64,000 bases of DNA from a virus (Duplodnaviria > Caudoviricetes), in the IMG/VR virus record IMGVR_UViG_3300001528_000580, positions 192,001 to 256,000 of that record. One strand, 5' to 3'. Shown one piece after another: positions 48,565 through 59,303 of the stretch. The position numbers and the translations under genes were made by a program. Every line of letters starts with the position of its first letter. The stretch's first letter is position 1. Under the pieces are notes generated by a model that had not been told where the DNA came from, ran no database searches, and was given only the letters and a program-made list of their open reading frames with translations.

Positions 48565-49590
48565 ATGGCGCAATGTAATATTTGTAGAGCTGATAGAGAC
48601 GGTAGTCGGCTCTATGTTGCTTATCGAAATGGCGAAAAAGTAAAGATTTGCAATAATTGTAAAAGAAGTATGGTGCATTGTTGTAATGATTGCAATAAAT
48701 CAATTGTTGTAGAGAATAATAGTCATAATTTTCCGTATGGATTTACATGTAACAAGTGTCTTGTTAATTCTTCTTTTGATACAGATGGAATTTTAGATTA
48801 TAGTTTTAAACCCATTCCAATATTTAGAGGTGGTGTCGGTTCAAGCAATGTTTTGACTATGGGAATGGAATTAGAGATGGCAGATGGTAATTCTTTGGAA
48901 GAAGTTGATGATTTTGCTATAAAGATATTAAAATATGAAAAATTAGGTTATAGTTTTTTCTATGGTAAATATGATGGTAGTCTTGATGAACCATCAGTAG
49001 AAGTTGTATGTCATCCTGCTACTTTAGAATTTCATAAGACTACTGAATATTGGAAAAGAATGCTTAACGAAGCAAAAAATGCAGGTTTGAAATCTAATGA
49101 TACAGATTGTTGTGGAATTCATATTCATGTGAACAGAAATTACTTTAACAATGAACAAGTGAATAAATTAGATGCACTGGTTAACCGCATTAGCAGAACC
49201 TTTAGAAGATTTGCACGTAGAAATTGTCGTGATTATGCCAGATATTCTCCTGATAAATCACTTTCACATCTTGGAACTAATTCATTTGGGAGATATAGCT
49301 GTTTGAATATTAATCAAAATACTATTGAATTTAGAATATTCAAAGGTAATATGAAATATGAAAGCATTATGGCTTTATTTGAACTTGTTCAAGGTTCTTG
49401 TGATTTTGTAAAACAAGATAGTATAAATATGGACTTGTTTTTTGGTGATAGATATATTTTAAAGAAAACATTCAAAGAATATCTTGAAAGTAGAAACTTT
49501 ACTTATCTTCCTGATTATACAGAAATGTGTAGAGTTTGGAGAGATTTGGAACCTACACCAGAAGCACAGCCAGAAGTCGTTGAAAATTAA
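48565..49590 (+). CDS. second amidoligase (COOH-NH2 ligase-like) with N-terminal CxxC array
   Basis: YSFKP, MGMELEM, KYDGSL, EVVCHP, CGIHIHV, RYSCLN, TIEFRIFKG. Confidence 0.85.
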   Translation: MAQCNICRADRDGSRLYVAYRNGEKVKICNNCKRSMVHCCNDCNKSIVVENNSHNFPYGFTCNKCLVNSSFDTDGILDYSFKPIPIFRGGVGSSNVLTMGMELEMADGNSLEEVDDFAIKILKYEKLGYSFFYGKYDGSLDEPSVEVVCHPATLEFHKTTEYWKRMLNEAKNAGLKSNDTDCCGIHIHVNRNYFNNEQVNKLDALVNRISRTFRRFARRNCRDYARYSPDKSLSHLGTNSFGRYSCLNINQNTIEFRIFKGNMKYESIMALFELVQGSCDFVKQDSINMDLFFGDRYILKKTFKEYLESRNFTYLPDYTEMCRVWRDLEPTPEAQPEVVEN

Positions 49591-49844
49591 ATTTGATATG
49601 ACTTGACTTTTTTGTAATATGCGTTATATTATAGTAGGGCATTAAATAATGAAAGAGGAAAGTCATGTCAACTGTTAAAAAGAAAAAAAATATTATAGAT
49701 GTGTTAAAAAAGTTTTTTAGAAAAAATAACAATAAAATTAACAGTTGTAAAAAAAAGAAGAATGATAATTTTCATAAACTAAAATCAGGTGAATTTGAAT
49801 ATTATGAAGGAAACTATGATGATTTTTATTAATAATGGTGTGGT

Positions 49845-50177
49845 ATGTTTTTAGTTAGAGATAATATTAGAAAAATGAAAAAAAATGATAAAATTAAATT
49901 TCCAAAAGGATTTTTAGTTTTTGAAATGAATAAAGAAAATAGAACATTTTCTGTGAATTGTATTCAATATAATTCAGATGAGCCAGTGACAACTAAAACT
50001 TTCAATAAGGTTATTGAAAAACTAAAACCTAATGATGCAACAATTATTGAATTTTATGAAGAAGATGAAAATGGGGTTGAATTTTCTGATTTAATTGATA
50101 GAGTAAAAAGAGAATTAATGTCTGTCATTGATGATAAAATTATAAAAATCAATCAGAATTGTAATAGTACTACTTGA
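49845..50177 (+). CDS. hypothetical protein
   Basis: 110-aa ORF. Confidence 0.6.
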   Translation: MFLVRDNIRKMKKNDKIKFPKGFLVFEMNKENRTFSVNCIQYNSDEPVTTKTFNKVIEKLKPNDATIIEFYEEDENGVEFSDLIDRVKRELMSVIDDKIIKINQNCNSTT

Positions 50178-50233
50178 CTTTTTGTGTAAGTATGCTATAT
50201 TATGTATAATAACAATATATAAAAGGTTGTATA

Positions 50234-50752
50234 ATGAGAATAAATATTCATAATTTTTATAGGATATGTTCAGTGTTTTTTACATTATATCCTAAAATTC
50301 AAAAAGTAACATTGAGCAAAAGTGTTGAAGATGGATATATAATTCAATTCTGGAAACATAATAATGTTGTTTTTAATGAACGACAAAAAAGGTTTCAAAA
50401 TGCAGGGTTTGGAACTTTTGTTGGGATGGCAGCGTCACTTAAACTTTCAGATATTGATTTATCTCCTGATGATTCTATAATTGAAGATATTTCAAACGGA
50501 TTGGTTTTTAGGGAAAGAAGCGATTGTAAATTGGAGAACAAAGTTGAATATAGTGGAACACAAATAAATATGAGATGGATTTGTGATGCTATCATGACAT
50601 TATTTCCAATTGTAAAGAAAATTAAATTCATGCAATGGAATTCAATTAGGTTATATACTGATGATGAATCATATGTAAACATGGTATTTAGAGGATGCGG
50701 ATTTCAAACAAGGATTTATGATGATTTTCCGAGATTAAGAAGAACAAGTTAA
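50234..50752 (+). CDS. hypothetical protein, probable paralog of 55645..56250
   Basis: FFTLYPKI...FWKHNN vs FFIALPQI...LWKDNN. Confidence 0.65.
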   Translation: MRINIHNFYRICSVFFTLYPKIQKVTLSKSVEDGYIIQFWKHNNVVFNERQKRFQNAGFGTFVGMAASLKLSDIDLSPDDSIIEDISNGLVFRERSDCKLENKVEYSGTQINMRWICDAIMTLFPIVKKIKFMQWNSIRLYTDDESYVNMVFRGCGFQTRIYDDFPRLRRTS

Positions 50753-50826
50753 TAAAAAATAATTTAGATGTAAATGACAATGGTTGTCATTTTTCATAGA
50801 AAAATAAAAAACTAAGGAGAAAAAAG

Positions 50827-51003
50827 ATGAAATATAGTTTTTATGATGTTAAAGCAAAGGCAAAGGTTGAAGCAGAAGTCACTGAAAAGGTAACTTATGG
50901 AACTGAAAAGTCACCACGTTATGCTTTTAAAGGAAAAACTGCCGATGGAAGAAATCTTACTACTTTTGTAAGTAAGACGGTCTTTGACTCTTGCAATATT
51001 TAA
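50827..51003 (+). CDS. 58-aa basic protein resembling the CC1-type chromatin protein (absent from the ORF track)
   Basis: MKYSFYDVKAKAKVEAEVTEKVTYGTEKSPRYAFKGKTADGRNLTTFVSKTVFDSCNI; TAAGGAG RBS; own terminator at about 51015-51050. Confidence 0.7.
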   Translation: MKYSFYDVKAKAKVEAEVTEKVTYGTEKSPRYAFKGKTADGRNLTTFVSKTVFDSCNI

Positions 51004-51078
51004 TATGAGCTTTGACAGTAGATGTTAATTAAGACATCTACTGTCTTTTACATTTTTTAAAATATTAATGAGGTTAAA

Positions 51079-51417
51079 ATGTTTAATAGTCTTGAAGATA
51101 TGATTAAAAATAAAAATCAAGTTATGCATTCTGATGTACCTGAAAATATAAAAAAGCAAATATTGCAAAATTTAGATTGGGGTATTCTTTCATTTAAAAT
51201 GAATAAAAATGAAAAAACTCGAAAAGAATTTCGTGATATGGTAAGCAGAAAGATACGTGTTGTTAATCCTAACTTCATATACTATGTTAATGAAGATGAA
51301 GTAAAACAAGCTGTTGCAAAATTTGTTGCTGATTATAGTGGAACAGGTATTAAGGCAGTATTTGTTATTGAAAGTGGCGAAGATGATATAAATGATGTAG
51401 TTTTGTTTTATGAATAA
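51079..51417 (+). CDS. hypothetical protein
   Basis: GAGGT RBS. Confidence 0.65.
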   Translation: MFNSLEDMIKNKNQVMHSDVPENIKKQILQNLDWGILSFKMNKNEKTRKEFRDMVSRKIRVVNPNFIYYVNEDEVKQAVAKFVADYSGTGIKAVFVIESGEDDINDVVLFYE

Positions 51418-51462
51418 GATATTTTTTATATTTTCTCTTTTATAAAACAAGGAGAATATATA

Positions 51463-51771
51463 ATGGAATTAAAGAAGGAATTAGACAAATTAACTAATCA
51501 ACGTACTTATCTTGGTCAAATAAAAGATCAAATAGCTAAACAAGAGGCAGAAGATTATTATGTTGAGGTGTTTGAACAAAAAATATTGGATGCTGCAAAA
51601 GCAAGCACAGAGCCAACATCAGCAATATTTACTGCATCCGAAGAGGATATAAAATATTTTGAATATTTAAGAAAAATTGCTGGAAGAAGTAAAGTTTTTA
51701 TTTATCAAACAAATGATAAACAGTCAATAGTAGTTAGATGGGGTGAAATGGAGTCAAAACAATATGAGTAA
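51463..51771 (+). CDS. hypothetical protein
   Basis: AAGGAG RBS. Confidence 0.7.
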   Translation: MELKKELDKLTNQRTYLGQIKDQIAKQEAEDYYVEVFEQKILDAAKASTEPTSAIFTASEEDIKYFEYLRKIAGRSKVFIYQTNDKQSIVVRWGEMESKQYE

Positions 51772-52162
51772 GTTAGAAACAAGAATTGCAACAGAATTAT
51801 ATACTTATATGAAGCAAGCAGATATTGATATTGCAGATGAAGTTGATAAAGCTGATAATATAAGAGAAGTAAAAGATAAGTTTCCTGAAATTATGGATGC
51901 TATTTTAAATAAGAAAAATGGTGAAGCCGTTAACAAAATAAGAAAATGGGCAGGAACAAAGGCATTAGAAGACCTTGATAGAGTAAATCAAGCTGGATAT
52001 AATATGTTATTGTCAGCAGTTTCAAACAATTTGCCTGATGTAGTTGAAATTCTCTTAGAAAAGGGCGCAAGCAAGGATGTTATGGTAAGAGGAAAATCAC
52101 CATATGATATTGCCAATTCAAAGCATTTTAATAAAATATTAGAAATACTTGATAGATATTAA
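51764..52162 (+). CDS. small ankyrin-repeat protein
   Basis: GYNMLLSAV...VVEILLEKGA, GKSPYDIA. Confidence 0.8.
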   Translation: MSKLETRIATELYTYMKQADIDIADEVDKADNIREVKDKFPEIMDAILNKKNGEAVNKIRKWAGTKALEDLDRVNQAGYNMLLSAVSNNLPDVVEILLEKGASKDVMVRGKSPYDIANSKHFNKILEILDRY

Positions 52163-52239
52163 TTGATGTTTATTAATGATGGTAGTTTTATATTACCATC
52201 ATTTTTTTTATATCTTTTTTAAATAAAAAAGGTATAGTT

Positions 52240-52563
52240 ATGGAAAAATCCGTTATATTTTATATAGGGTTAAATAATATTGAATTTAACTTGTTAGAAG
52301 AATTTCCTGATTTAAATATAAAAGATCAAAATTCTGAAATTATTGAAAAGGTTACTAAAAAACTTACAAATGTTTTAGAAAAAGATGTAAATGAATATTT
52401 ACAAGAATTTAATAGAACAGATAAATTTGTTGTAATTAACTATTTTAGTAATGTTTTTCCTCTTGAAATAAATATATCAACTACAATTGAACTAAATCCA
52501 ATGATCCTAAAGGATACACAAGATTTCTTTATGGATAAAGGATATAAGATTTATTTTAAATAA
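52240..52563 (+). CDS. hypothetical protein
   Basis: AAGGT RBS. Confidence 0.6.
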   Translation: MEKSVIFYIGLNNIEFNLLEEFPDLNIKDQNSEIIEKVTKKLTNVLEKDVNEYLQEFNRTDKFVVINYFSNVFPLEINISTTIELNPMILKDTQDFFMDKGYKIYFK

Positions 52564-52617
52564 ATTTTATAAATATTATAATTAAAATAATTTCGATAAA
52601 TATACAAGGAGAAAAAT

Positions 52618-55194
52618 ATGCTATCTAGAGAAATATTTAGAGTCGCAAGAGAGATAGTTGCTGCTAAATGGAGTAATTCATTAAAAACATTCTATGAAGA
52701 TCAAATAATTAAAAATGAATTTAACTTGAATGTTTATGAAGATCTTAATGAATCACAAGTAGTTGAATTACAACAAAAACTTCAACCTTTTATGAATCAG
52801 GTTGAAGAAAGAGTTCAGGAAATTGCAAAAAACTTTACTAATAAAAAAGATGATGTTCCTGTTTACAAATGGATTGTTTCTGTTCTTCGTGATAATAACA
52901 TTGACATTTTAAGTGATGAATCATATTTTGAAATTGAAACAAGTTGCAAAAACTTTAAAGAATATAAAAAATTCTTAGATAATAATAAACAAGATTTCCA
53001 TAAGTATAAAACATTCTCTGCATTGAATGATGTTGTATTACCATACATTAAATTACAAAAAGCTAATGAAAAATCTATTGAAGGATTTGAAAAAGTTGGT
53101 AAAGCAGGTGAATATGTTATTTTAAAATTAACAGATTATGCTAAATCAGTTAAACTTTTTGATAAGCCAGGTATTACATGGTGCGTAAAATCTAAATCAT
53201 TTTGGGATAATTATGGAGCACCTTATTATTTAGTTATGGTTAAATACCAACCTTATTATTTAATTAACTTTAATAGTAGCCAATTTTCTGATCCAAGTCA
53301 AGGTAAAAAAGAACCAATTGATGAAACATTGGGGAAACTTATTTATGATTTAATTAAAAAAGAAAATGGTGGAAGATGTATATTTACAAGTGGATATGGT
53401 CAAAGTAGAAATTGGGATGTTATGTATCCTTATTATCCAATAAGTGAAATATTTAAAACAAATGATGTTAATATTATTAAAGATTGTGTTAAACAATCAT
53501 TCGTATCAAATGATAATAAACGTTATAATGAATTAGTCGCAGAGTTAAAAGAAAGAGGAATGAAATTTGATGGTGATGATTTAGTTGATGTAATAACTGA
53601 TGAAAAACAATTTGTTAAAGCAACAGATAGTGAAATTTCAAATGGCATTACATTAAATAAAAAGAATGTTATTAAATTGTTGTTTAATTCTTTCAAAAGA
53701 GGTAATAGCGGAAAATCATTATTTAAAAAGATGTTATCTTATGTTCCTAGCGAAACTAATCCAGAACTTTATGTTGAAAGTAAGGATAATCCAACAGCTA
53801 ATATTGATGCAAAAGATGAAAGAGGTAATGGGTTATTACATTATTGCTCAACTAAATCACAAATAGTATTATTGATAAATTATGGAATCAATATAACAGA
53901 AGAAGATTTCAATTTGATTTTTAAGAATGCAATTAAAGATTCAAATCTTGATACTATTAAATTTTTAACATCAGAAGGCAAAGTTAAAATATCTGAACAA
54001 GTTATTATTGAAGCTATGCAATCAAGACATCGTGCTATAATTAAAATGTTCTTAGACGCAGGACTTGATTTTAATACTGTAATGTATTCTAATGTAACAC
54101 CATTGATTTATGCTATTTATAATAGAATGAATTCTGTTTTAGAAGATTTTATTAGTAGTAGAAAAATAAATTTAGAACAAGAAGTAAATGGATATAATGC
54201 TTTAGAAGCATGTTTAGACCAAAATAATGATGAAGCATTAGATGCATTAATTAATGCTGGTGCATTTTTAAATAAAGTATTTGAATCAGGAAAATTAGCA
54301 GGTAAAACACTTGTAAAAATATGTGTCGAAAAAGATAATAGAACATTATTAGAATCTTGTGTAAGAAAAGGTGCAGATGTCAATTCTACATATCCTTTAC
54401 ATTTTTGTATAGAAAATCATAAATATGATTTTGCAAAAATTTTAATAAATGATAAAGATACTAATTTTATGTTACAAGATGAAAATGGTAATACTGCCAT
54501 GATGCTTGCTATCATAGAAAAGAATAGAGATTTAGTATTACTTATTTTCTCTAAAACACAAAAAGGTTTAGGTTTATCAAATAGAGATGGATTTACACCA
54601 TTGATGTTAATGATTGAATACGATTTTTCTGCTGATGATATTATTAAGATGTTTAAAAATCCTAATAAGAATATTGGTGGAGAAAAAATTGATTTCAAAT
54701 CAGCACTTGATATTGCATATGATAAAGTTCAAACTCCAAATATCAAGAAAATTATTGATTTCTTAAATGTTGCAAATAATAAGAGACCTAAAAATAAACA
54801 ATTTGATTCAACAAATCAGATGTATAATTTTGTAATATCTGGTAATTTAGTTGGATTAAAAGGTTTATTAGAAGGAGATTTAAAACATACTATTGATTTC
54901 TTAGTTAATAAGAATGGTGCTAATGTATTACATGTAGCTGTTCAGGCTAAATATGTTGATATATTAGAATATTTAGTAGATTATATTGGAAGACTTGATC
55001 GTAATATTCTTAAAAAGTTGAAAGAACAAAAATTCAGAGGAATGACACCAGAAGAAATGGTAGACAAAGCTCTTTCAAGATTAAGATCAAGTGATAGTAA
55101 TGGACGTAAAGATTATCAGGAAATGAAAGAAATTTTAGGTTCAAGAACTATTATGAGTAGAATTATGAATGTATTAAGTAAATACATAAAGTAA
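52618..55194 (+). CDS. large ankyrin-repeat protein with a non-repeat N-terminal domain
   Basis: DERGNGLLHY, TPLIYAI, DENGNTAMMLA, NRDGFTPLML, GANVLHVAV; N-domain TWCV motif. Confidence 0.85.
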   Translation: MLSREIFRVAREIVAAKWSNSLKTFYEDQIIKNEFNLNVYEDLNESQVVELQQKLQPFMNQVEERVQEIAKNFTNKKDDVPVYKWIVSVLRDNNIDILSDESYFEIETSCKNFKEYKKFLDNNKQDFHKYKTFSALNDVVLPYIKLQKANEKSIEGFEKVGKAGEYVILKLTDYAKSVKLFDKPGITWCVKSKSFWDNYGAPYYLVMVKYQPYYLINFNSSQFSDPSQGKKEPIDETLGKLIYDLIKKENGGRCIFTSGYGQSRNWDVMYPYYPISEIFKTNDVNIIKDCVKQSFVSNDNKRYNELVAELKERGMKFDGDDLVDVITDEKQFVKATDSEISNGITLNKKNVIKLLFNSFKRGNSGKSLFKKMLSYVPSETNPELYVESKDNPTANIDAKDERGNGLLHYCSTKSQIVLLINYGINITEEDFNLIFKNAIKDSNLDTIKFLTSEGKVKISEQVIIEAMQSRHRAIIKMFLDAGLDFNTVMYSNVTPLIYAIYNRMNSVLEDFISSRKINLEQEVNGYNALEACLDQNNDEALDALINAGAFLNKVFESGKLAGKTLVKICVEKDNRTLLESCVRKGADVNSTYPLHFCIENHKYDFAKILINDKDTNFMLQDENGNTAMMLAIIEKNRDLVLLIFSKTQKGLGLSNRDGFTPLMLMIEYDFSADDIIKMFKNPNKNIGGEKIDFKSALDIAYDKVQTPNIKKIIDFLNVANNKRPKNKQFDSTNQMYNFVISGNLVGLKGLLEGDLKHTIDFLVNKNGANVLHVAVQAKYVDILEYLVDYIGRLDRNILKKLKEQKFRGMTPEEMVDKALSRLRSSDSNGRKDYQEMKEILGSRTIMSRIMNVLSKYIK

Positions 55195-55315
55195 TTTTAA
55201 TAATATCTTTTTTAAACAGGAACTTTTTATAAAAAGTTCCTGTTTTTTTATTTGACTTTTTATATAATTGGTGTATATTAAATTATTAAATAATAAGTTC
55301 TAAGGAGAACATACT

Positions 55316-55642
55316 ATGCTTAGTAAAGAAGAATTTAAACAAAGATTTTCTGACATTAAAGAAATAGACAAAAATATTGATAAATTAATTGAAGTTGGAT
55401 TTAACATAAACAGTAATATAATTAGTCTATTGTCAAATTCAAATAATAAGTTAATTTCATCTCTTGAAAGAGAAATGAATGATAAATATGAAACAATAAA
55501 TTGGTTTATTTATGAAAATGAATATGGTAAAAGAAATTTTACTATCGAGCATACAAAAGGTAAAAAAGCTGGAACAGTATTTAAATTTAAAGATGAAGAT
55601 GATCTTTATGATTATTTAGTAAATTATAACAATTTGGTTTAA
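55316..55642 (+). CDS. hypothetical phage protein
   Basis: INWFIYENEYG...DDLYDYL; TAAGGAG RBS. Confidence 0.7.
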   Translation: MLSKEEFKQRFSDIKEIDKNIDKLIEVGFNINSNIISLLSNSNNKLISSLEREMNDKYETINWFIYENEYGKRNFTIEHTKGKKAGTVFKFKDEDDLYDYLVNYNNLV

Positions 55643-55644
55643 AA

Positions 55645-56250
55645 ATGGATTTAACAAAAGAACAGTTTTCTATCATAGCAAAAGCATTTTTTATTGCTTT
55701 ACCACAGATTAATGCCATTACTATTTCAAATTCTTTTTTCGGAAAAAAGAGTAGTCATTTTTTTACGTTATGGAAAGATAATAATTTTACAAGAGAATTA
55801 AATCCAGAGACAAATGAACGATGGCAATATATAAGTACGATTAAAGAAAATAATATAATTAATCATATCAAATTTAGTAATTTTGACTTTTATTTAAAAA
55901 CTAAAGGAGTGTATGTTTTTAGAAGAGATGAATTTCAGATTCCTGCTCAACCATATAAAATCTTAAACCAGTCGATGTTTTTACTTAAATTTGGATTGTT
56001 TTTTGCAGCATTTCCAAACATACTAGAAATTTATTATAGAACAGGAAGTAAATTAATCTTAAAAGGAAGTGAAGTTAATATAGAATTAGAATTTGAAAGT
56101 GGTTTTGTTATAAGAGGCGGTAATCAGAGTTTTCACTTATATAAAAGTGAATGGTTAACAATGGGTTCTTTAATTACTGCATATAAAAAACATAAAGAAG
56201 TTGATGGAACTGTTCAATTGCCACTTTTCGATTTTGATTTTTCTTTTTAA
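55645..56250 (+). CDS. hypothetical protein
   Basis: Paralog of 50234..50752. Confidence 0.65.
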   Translation: MDLTKEQFSIIAKAFFIALPQINAITISNSFFGKKSSHFFTLWKDNNFTRELNPETNERWQYISTIKENNIINHIKFSNFDFYLKTKGVYVFRRDEFQIPAQPYKILNQSMFLLKFGLFFAAFPNILEIYYRTGSKLILKGSEVNIELEFESGFVIRGGNQSFHLYKSEWLTMGSLITAYKKHKEVDGTVQLPLFDFDFSF

Positions 56251-56317
56251 AAATAGCTTGATATTTTCACTTATTATGCTATATTATGTTAATATATTGG
56301 AAAATTAAGGAAAAAAC

Positions 56318-58114
56318 ATGAATAGAATTAATCAATTAGAAGAAATCATAAAAAGTAATGATCAGTTATATTGGAGTGGTAATCCTAAAATCACTGATGA
56401 AGAATATGATTTATATGTTGAAGAATTAAGACAATTAGATCCAGAAAATGAACTTGTTAATAGAGTGAATGAACAAGCCGTTTCTTCTATTGGAAAAGTA
56501 AGTCATGTTGTTCCAATGTTATCATTAGATAAAATATATGATAAAGAAGATTTGTTCAATTGGGTAGATAAGAAATCAAGAAATGAAGATGAATGTTATC
56601 TTATTCAACCAAAATATGATGGTATTTCTGCACACCTTGAAAATAATGTGTTAAGTACTAGAGGAAATGGATTTATTGGTGAAAATATTTCAAATAAATT
56701 ACCAATTATCAACATTGAAACGAATGCTGAAAATATCGATAATCTTCTCGGTGAAATATTAATTAGAAAAGATGATTTCAAAAATATATTTTCTAATATA
56801 GTTTCTCCAAGTACTAAGAAATGTTATAAAAATCCTAGAAATGCAACTGCTGGAATTATGGGTACAGATGATATAACATTTTTTAAAAACCAAAATGCTA
56901 AATTAACATTGGTTGATTATAATTTAGTTTCATTTAGAGTTAAAAAATCTGATTTTAGAAGTGAATGGGAAAATATTGTAGAGCATATTATAAATCTTCC
57001 ATATCCTATGGATGGAATTGTTATAAAATTAGAAGATAAAGAATATGGAGAATCTCTTGGAACAACAGCTCATCATCCAAGAAATGCAGTAGCATTTAAA
57101 TTCAGTAATCCACAGAGAGAAACAACAATTATTGATATAGAATGGTCATTTGGTAAAAATTGTTTAACACCAGTAGCCATTTTAAAACCAATTGATATTA
57201 ATGGTATCACTATTCAAAGAGCAAGTTTAAGTAACTATGACAATATCGTTAATATGGATATAATGATTGGTGATGATGTTATTGTTGAAAGAGCAGGAGA
57301 TGTTATTCCCCATATTATTTCTGTAATTAAAAATAAAGATGCATCAAAAAGAATTAATCCATTTATTGATAAGTGTCCTTGTTGTGGTGGTGAATTAAAA
57401 GTAGTATCACCAGAAATTATTTGTACAAATGATTTATGTTTAGAAAAGATAGTAAGAAAATTATTGTTTTCAATTAGAACTATTGGAATTGAAAAAGTAG
57501 GAATTCCAACTATAAAGAAGATTATTGAAAAATGTAATGTAAAAAATCTTATTGACTTTATGAATCTTAGTTATTGTGATTTAATTAATGCAGGATTTGG
57601 AGAAAAAACATCATCTAATATTATTGAAGAAATAACTAAACATAAAGTAATTGAAGCATATCAATTCTTAACTGCATTGAATATACCAGATTTTGGGACA
57701 GAAGTAGCTAAACTTATTTTAAATGAATATCAGTTTTTAACAATATTAGAAAATAACGATCCTAATTTATTGGTTTCAGTAAAAGGAATTGGAGAAATAA
57801 CTGCTAATAAAATTGTTGATTATATTTCAAACAACAGAGAATATATTGATAATTTAAGAAAATGTTTCGCAATTATTACTGCAAAACAAAAAGATAAAAG
57901 TTCAAAGACTGTTTGTTTTACTGGTGCAATGGATCATCCAAGAAAATATTATGAAGATATTGCAAAAACAAAAAATATTACTCCTGTTTCAAGTGTTACT
58001 AGTAATTTAACTTATTTAGTTGTTGCTGATATAAATAGTAACAGCAGTAAAACTAATAAAGCAAAAAAATATGGTGTGAATATTATATCAGTAGAAGATT
58101 TTTTAAATTTGTAG
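56318..58114 (+). CDS. ligA: NAD-dependent DNA ligase
   Basis: DEEYD, PMLSLDK, PKYDG, STRGNG, NPRN, DGIVIK, RAGDVIP, Zn finger, HhH, C-terminal BRCT. Confidence 0.96.
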   Translation: MNRINQLEEIIKSNDQLYWSGNPKITDEEYDLYVEELRQLDPENELVNRVNEQAVSSIGKVSHVVPMLSLDKIYDKEDLFNWVDKKSRNEDECYLIQPKYDGISAHLENNVLSTRGNGFIGENISNKLPIINIETNAENIDNLLGEILIRKDDFKNIFSNIVSPSTKKCYKNPRNATAGIMGTDDITFFKNQNAKLTLVDYNLVSFRVKKSDFRSEWENIVEHIINLPYPMDGIVIKLEDKEYGESLGTTAHHPRNAVAFKFSNPQRETTIIDIEWSFGKNCLTPVAILKPIDINGITIQRASLSNYDNIVNMDIMIGDDVIVERAGDVIPHIISVIKNKDASKRINPFIDKCPCCGGELKVVSPEIICTNDLCLEKIVRKLLFSIRTIGIEKVGIPTIKKIIEKCNVKNLIDFMNLSYCDLINAGFGEKTSSNIIEEITKHKVIEAYQFLTALNIPDFGTEVAKLILNEYQFLTILENNDPNLLVSVKGIGEITANKIVDYISNNREYIDNLRKCFAIITAKQKDKSSKTVCFTGAMDHPRKYYEDIAKTKNITPVSSVTSNLTYLVVADINSNSSKTNKAKKYGVNIISVEDFLNL

Positions 58115-58124
58115 GATAGAATGA

Positions 58125-58307
58125 ATGAAAATATTAACAATATCTCTAATTTTTCTTGCAATATGGATTATTTTCTTTGTTTTTCTTATTTGTAAACATT
58201 TAACTAAAAAGATAAAAACATTAGAAAAAGAAAATGCACAGTTAAGAGAAGAAAATAATATGTTGAAGGATAGTAATAACAATAATATAGCAAACAAAGG
58301 AGTTTGA
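58125..58307 (+). CDS. small membrane-anchored coiled-coil protein
   Basis: N-terminal TM helix. Confidence 0.6.
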   Translation: MKILTISLIFLAIWIIFFVFLICKHLTKKIKTLEKENAQLREENNMLKDSNNNNIANKGV

Positions 58308-58308
58308 A

Positions 58309-59217
58309 ATGCTTAAATACATCAGATGGAGAGAAAATTACATTAAGTTTCACAATGGAATTAACTATTCAGATAATTATGATATAGTTGATGCCGCTGG
58401 TACTATTTTTGGTGGATATACAGGAGCATTCGCAAAAGGACATGGTAGAAGAATTGATCTGCCAAAAGATGAAGTAGAGATTTCGATGAGTGGTTGTGTA
58501 AAGTTTAATGATAAAACATTTAATTTTACACGTGTTTATACAAACGCAAGGATAGACACTGATGATATGGATAAACGTCAGGATATTACAAAATATGCAT
58601 CTAAACTTGAAAAAGCATTTAATGGAACAAAAGAAGAAGATAAAGATGTAAAACTTCCAGTATTTCTCTATTATAATGATGAATCAAAATATGATTTTAC
58701 ACAGGTCAAAATGGAAGAGAATGAAGTTCTCACAGATAGAACATTAGGATATGCAAATTGCTTAATTGTTCTTAATAAATTTGAAGTTTCACAAAAATTT
58801 ATTGTCTTAGCTTCTTTTATTGCATGGCAAATGGATATTGCAGAAAAAGATAATAAAATGTCAAGACAATTTAAGCAAGCAATAAAAAATATTAATAAAG
58901 GTATTGCAAAAATTGGTTATAGTAACATAAGGTTTAATTTACAGCTTAATGATATAACCGTGGAAAAATCTGGAAATGAAATTGCATTAAAAGATATTAA
59001 AGATGCAGATGAACAAATGTTCATTGCAATTCTTCTTGATGTTAATATGAGATCATTAATTCTTAATGTATCTATTATGGATAATGTATTTGAATCAGAA
59101 GGTTGTGTTGTAATTTCTTATAATTTTGATAAAACACTCATTAATCCACTTGTGAATAATATTCATGAATGTTTTCCAAAATTACAATTGATTGTTTACA
59201 ATAAAGAAGATAAATAA
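58309..59217 (+). CDS. degenerate AAA_21 / PtuA-AriA-like ABC ATPase homolog lacking catalytic motifs
   Basis: LPVFLYY, RTLGYANCL, LDVNMRSLILN, SEGCVVI, FPKLQLIV scaffold; no Walker A, Walker B or H-loop. Confidence 0.55.
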   Translation: MLKYIRWRENYIKFHNGINYSDNYDIVDAAGTIFGGYTGAFAKGHGRRIDLPKDEVEISMSGCVKFNDKTFNFTRVYTNARIDTDDMDKRQDITKYASKLEKAFNGTKEEDKDVKLPVFLYYNDESKYDFTQVKMEENEVLTDRTLGYANCLIVLNKFEVSQKFIVLASFIAWQMDIAEKDNKMSRQFKQAIKNINKGIAKIGYSNIRFNLQLNDITVEKSGNEIALKDIKDADEQMFIAILLDVNMRSLILNVSIMDNVFESEGCVVISYNFDKTLINPLVNNIHECFPKLQLIVYNKEDK

Positions 59218-59303
59218 TTAAAAAGTGGAAAATTAATAAAAGATTTTCCACAAAGTTTAAAAATCAAACAATATCCTGAAATATGGATTAAAAAGGAGAA
59301 AAA

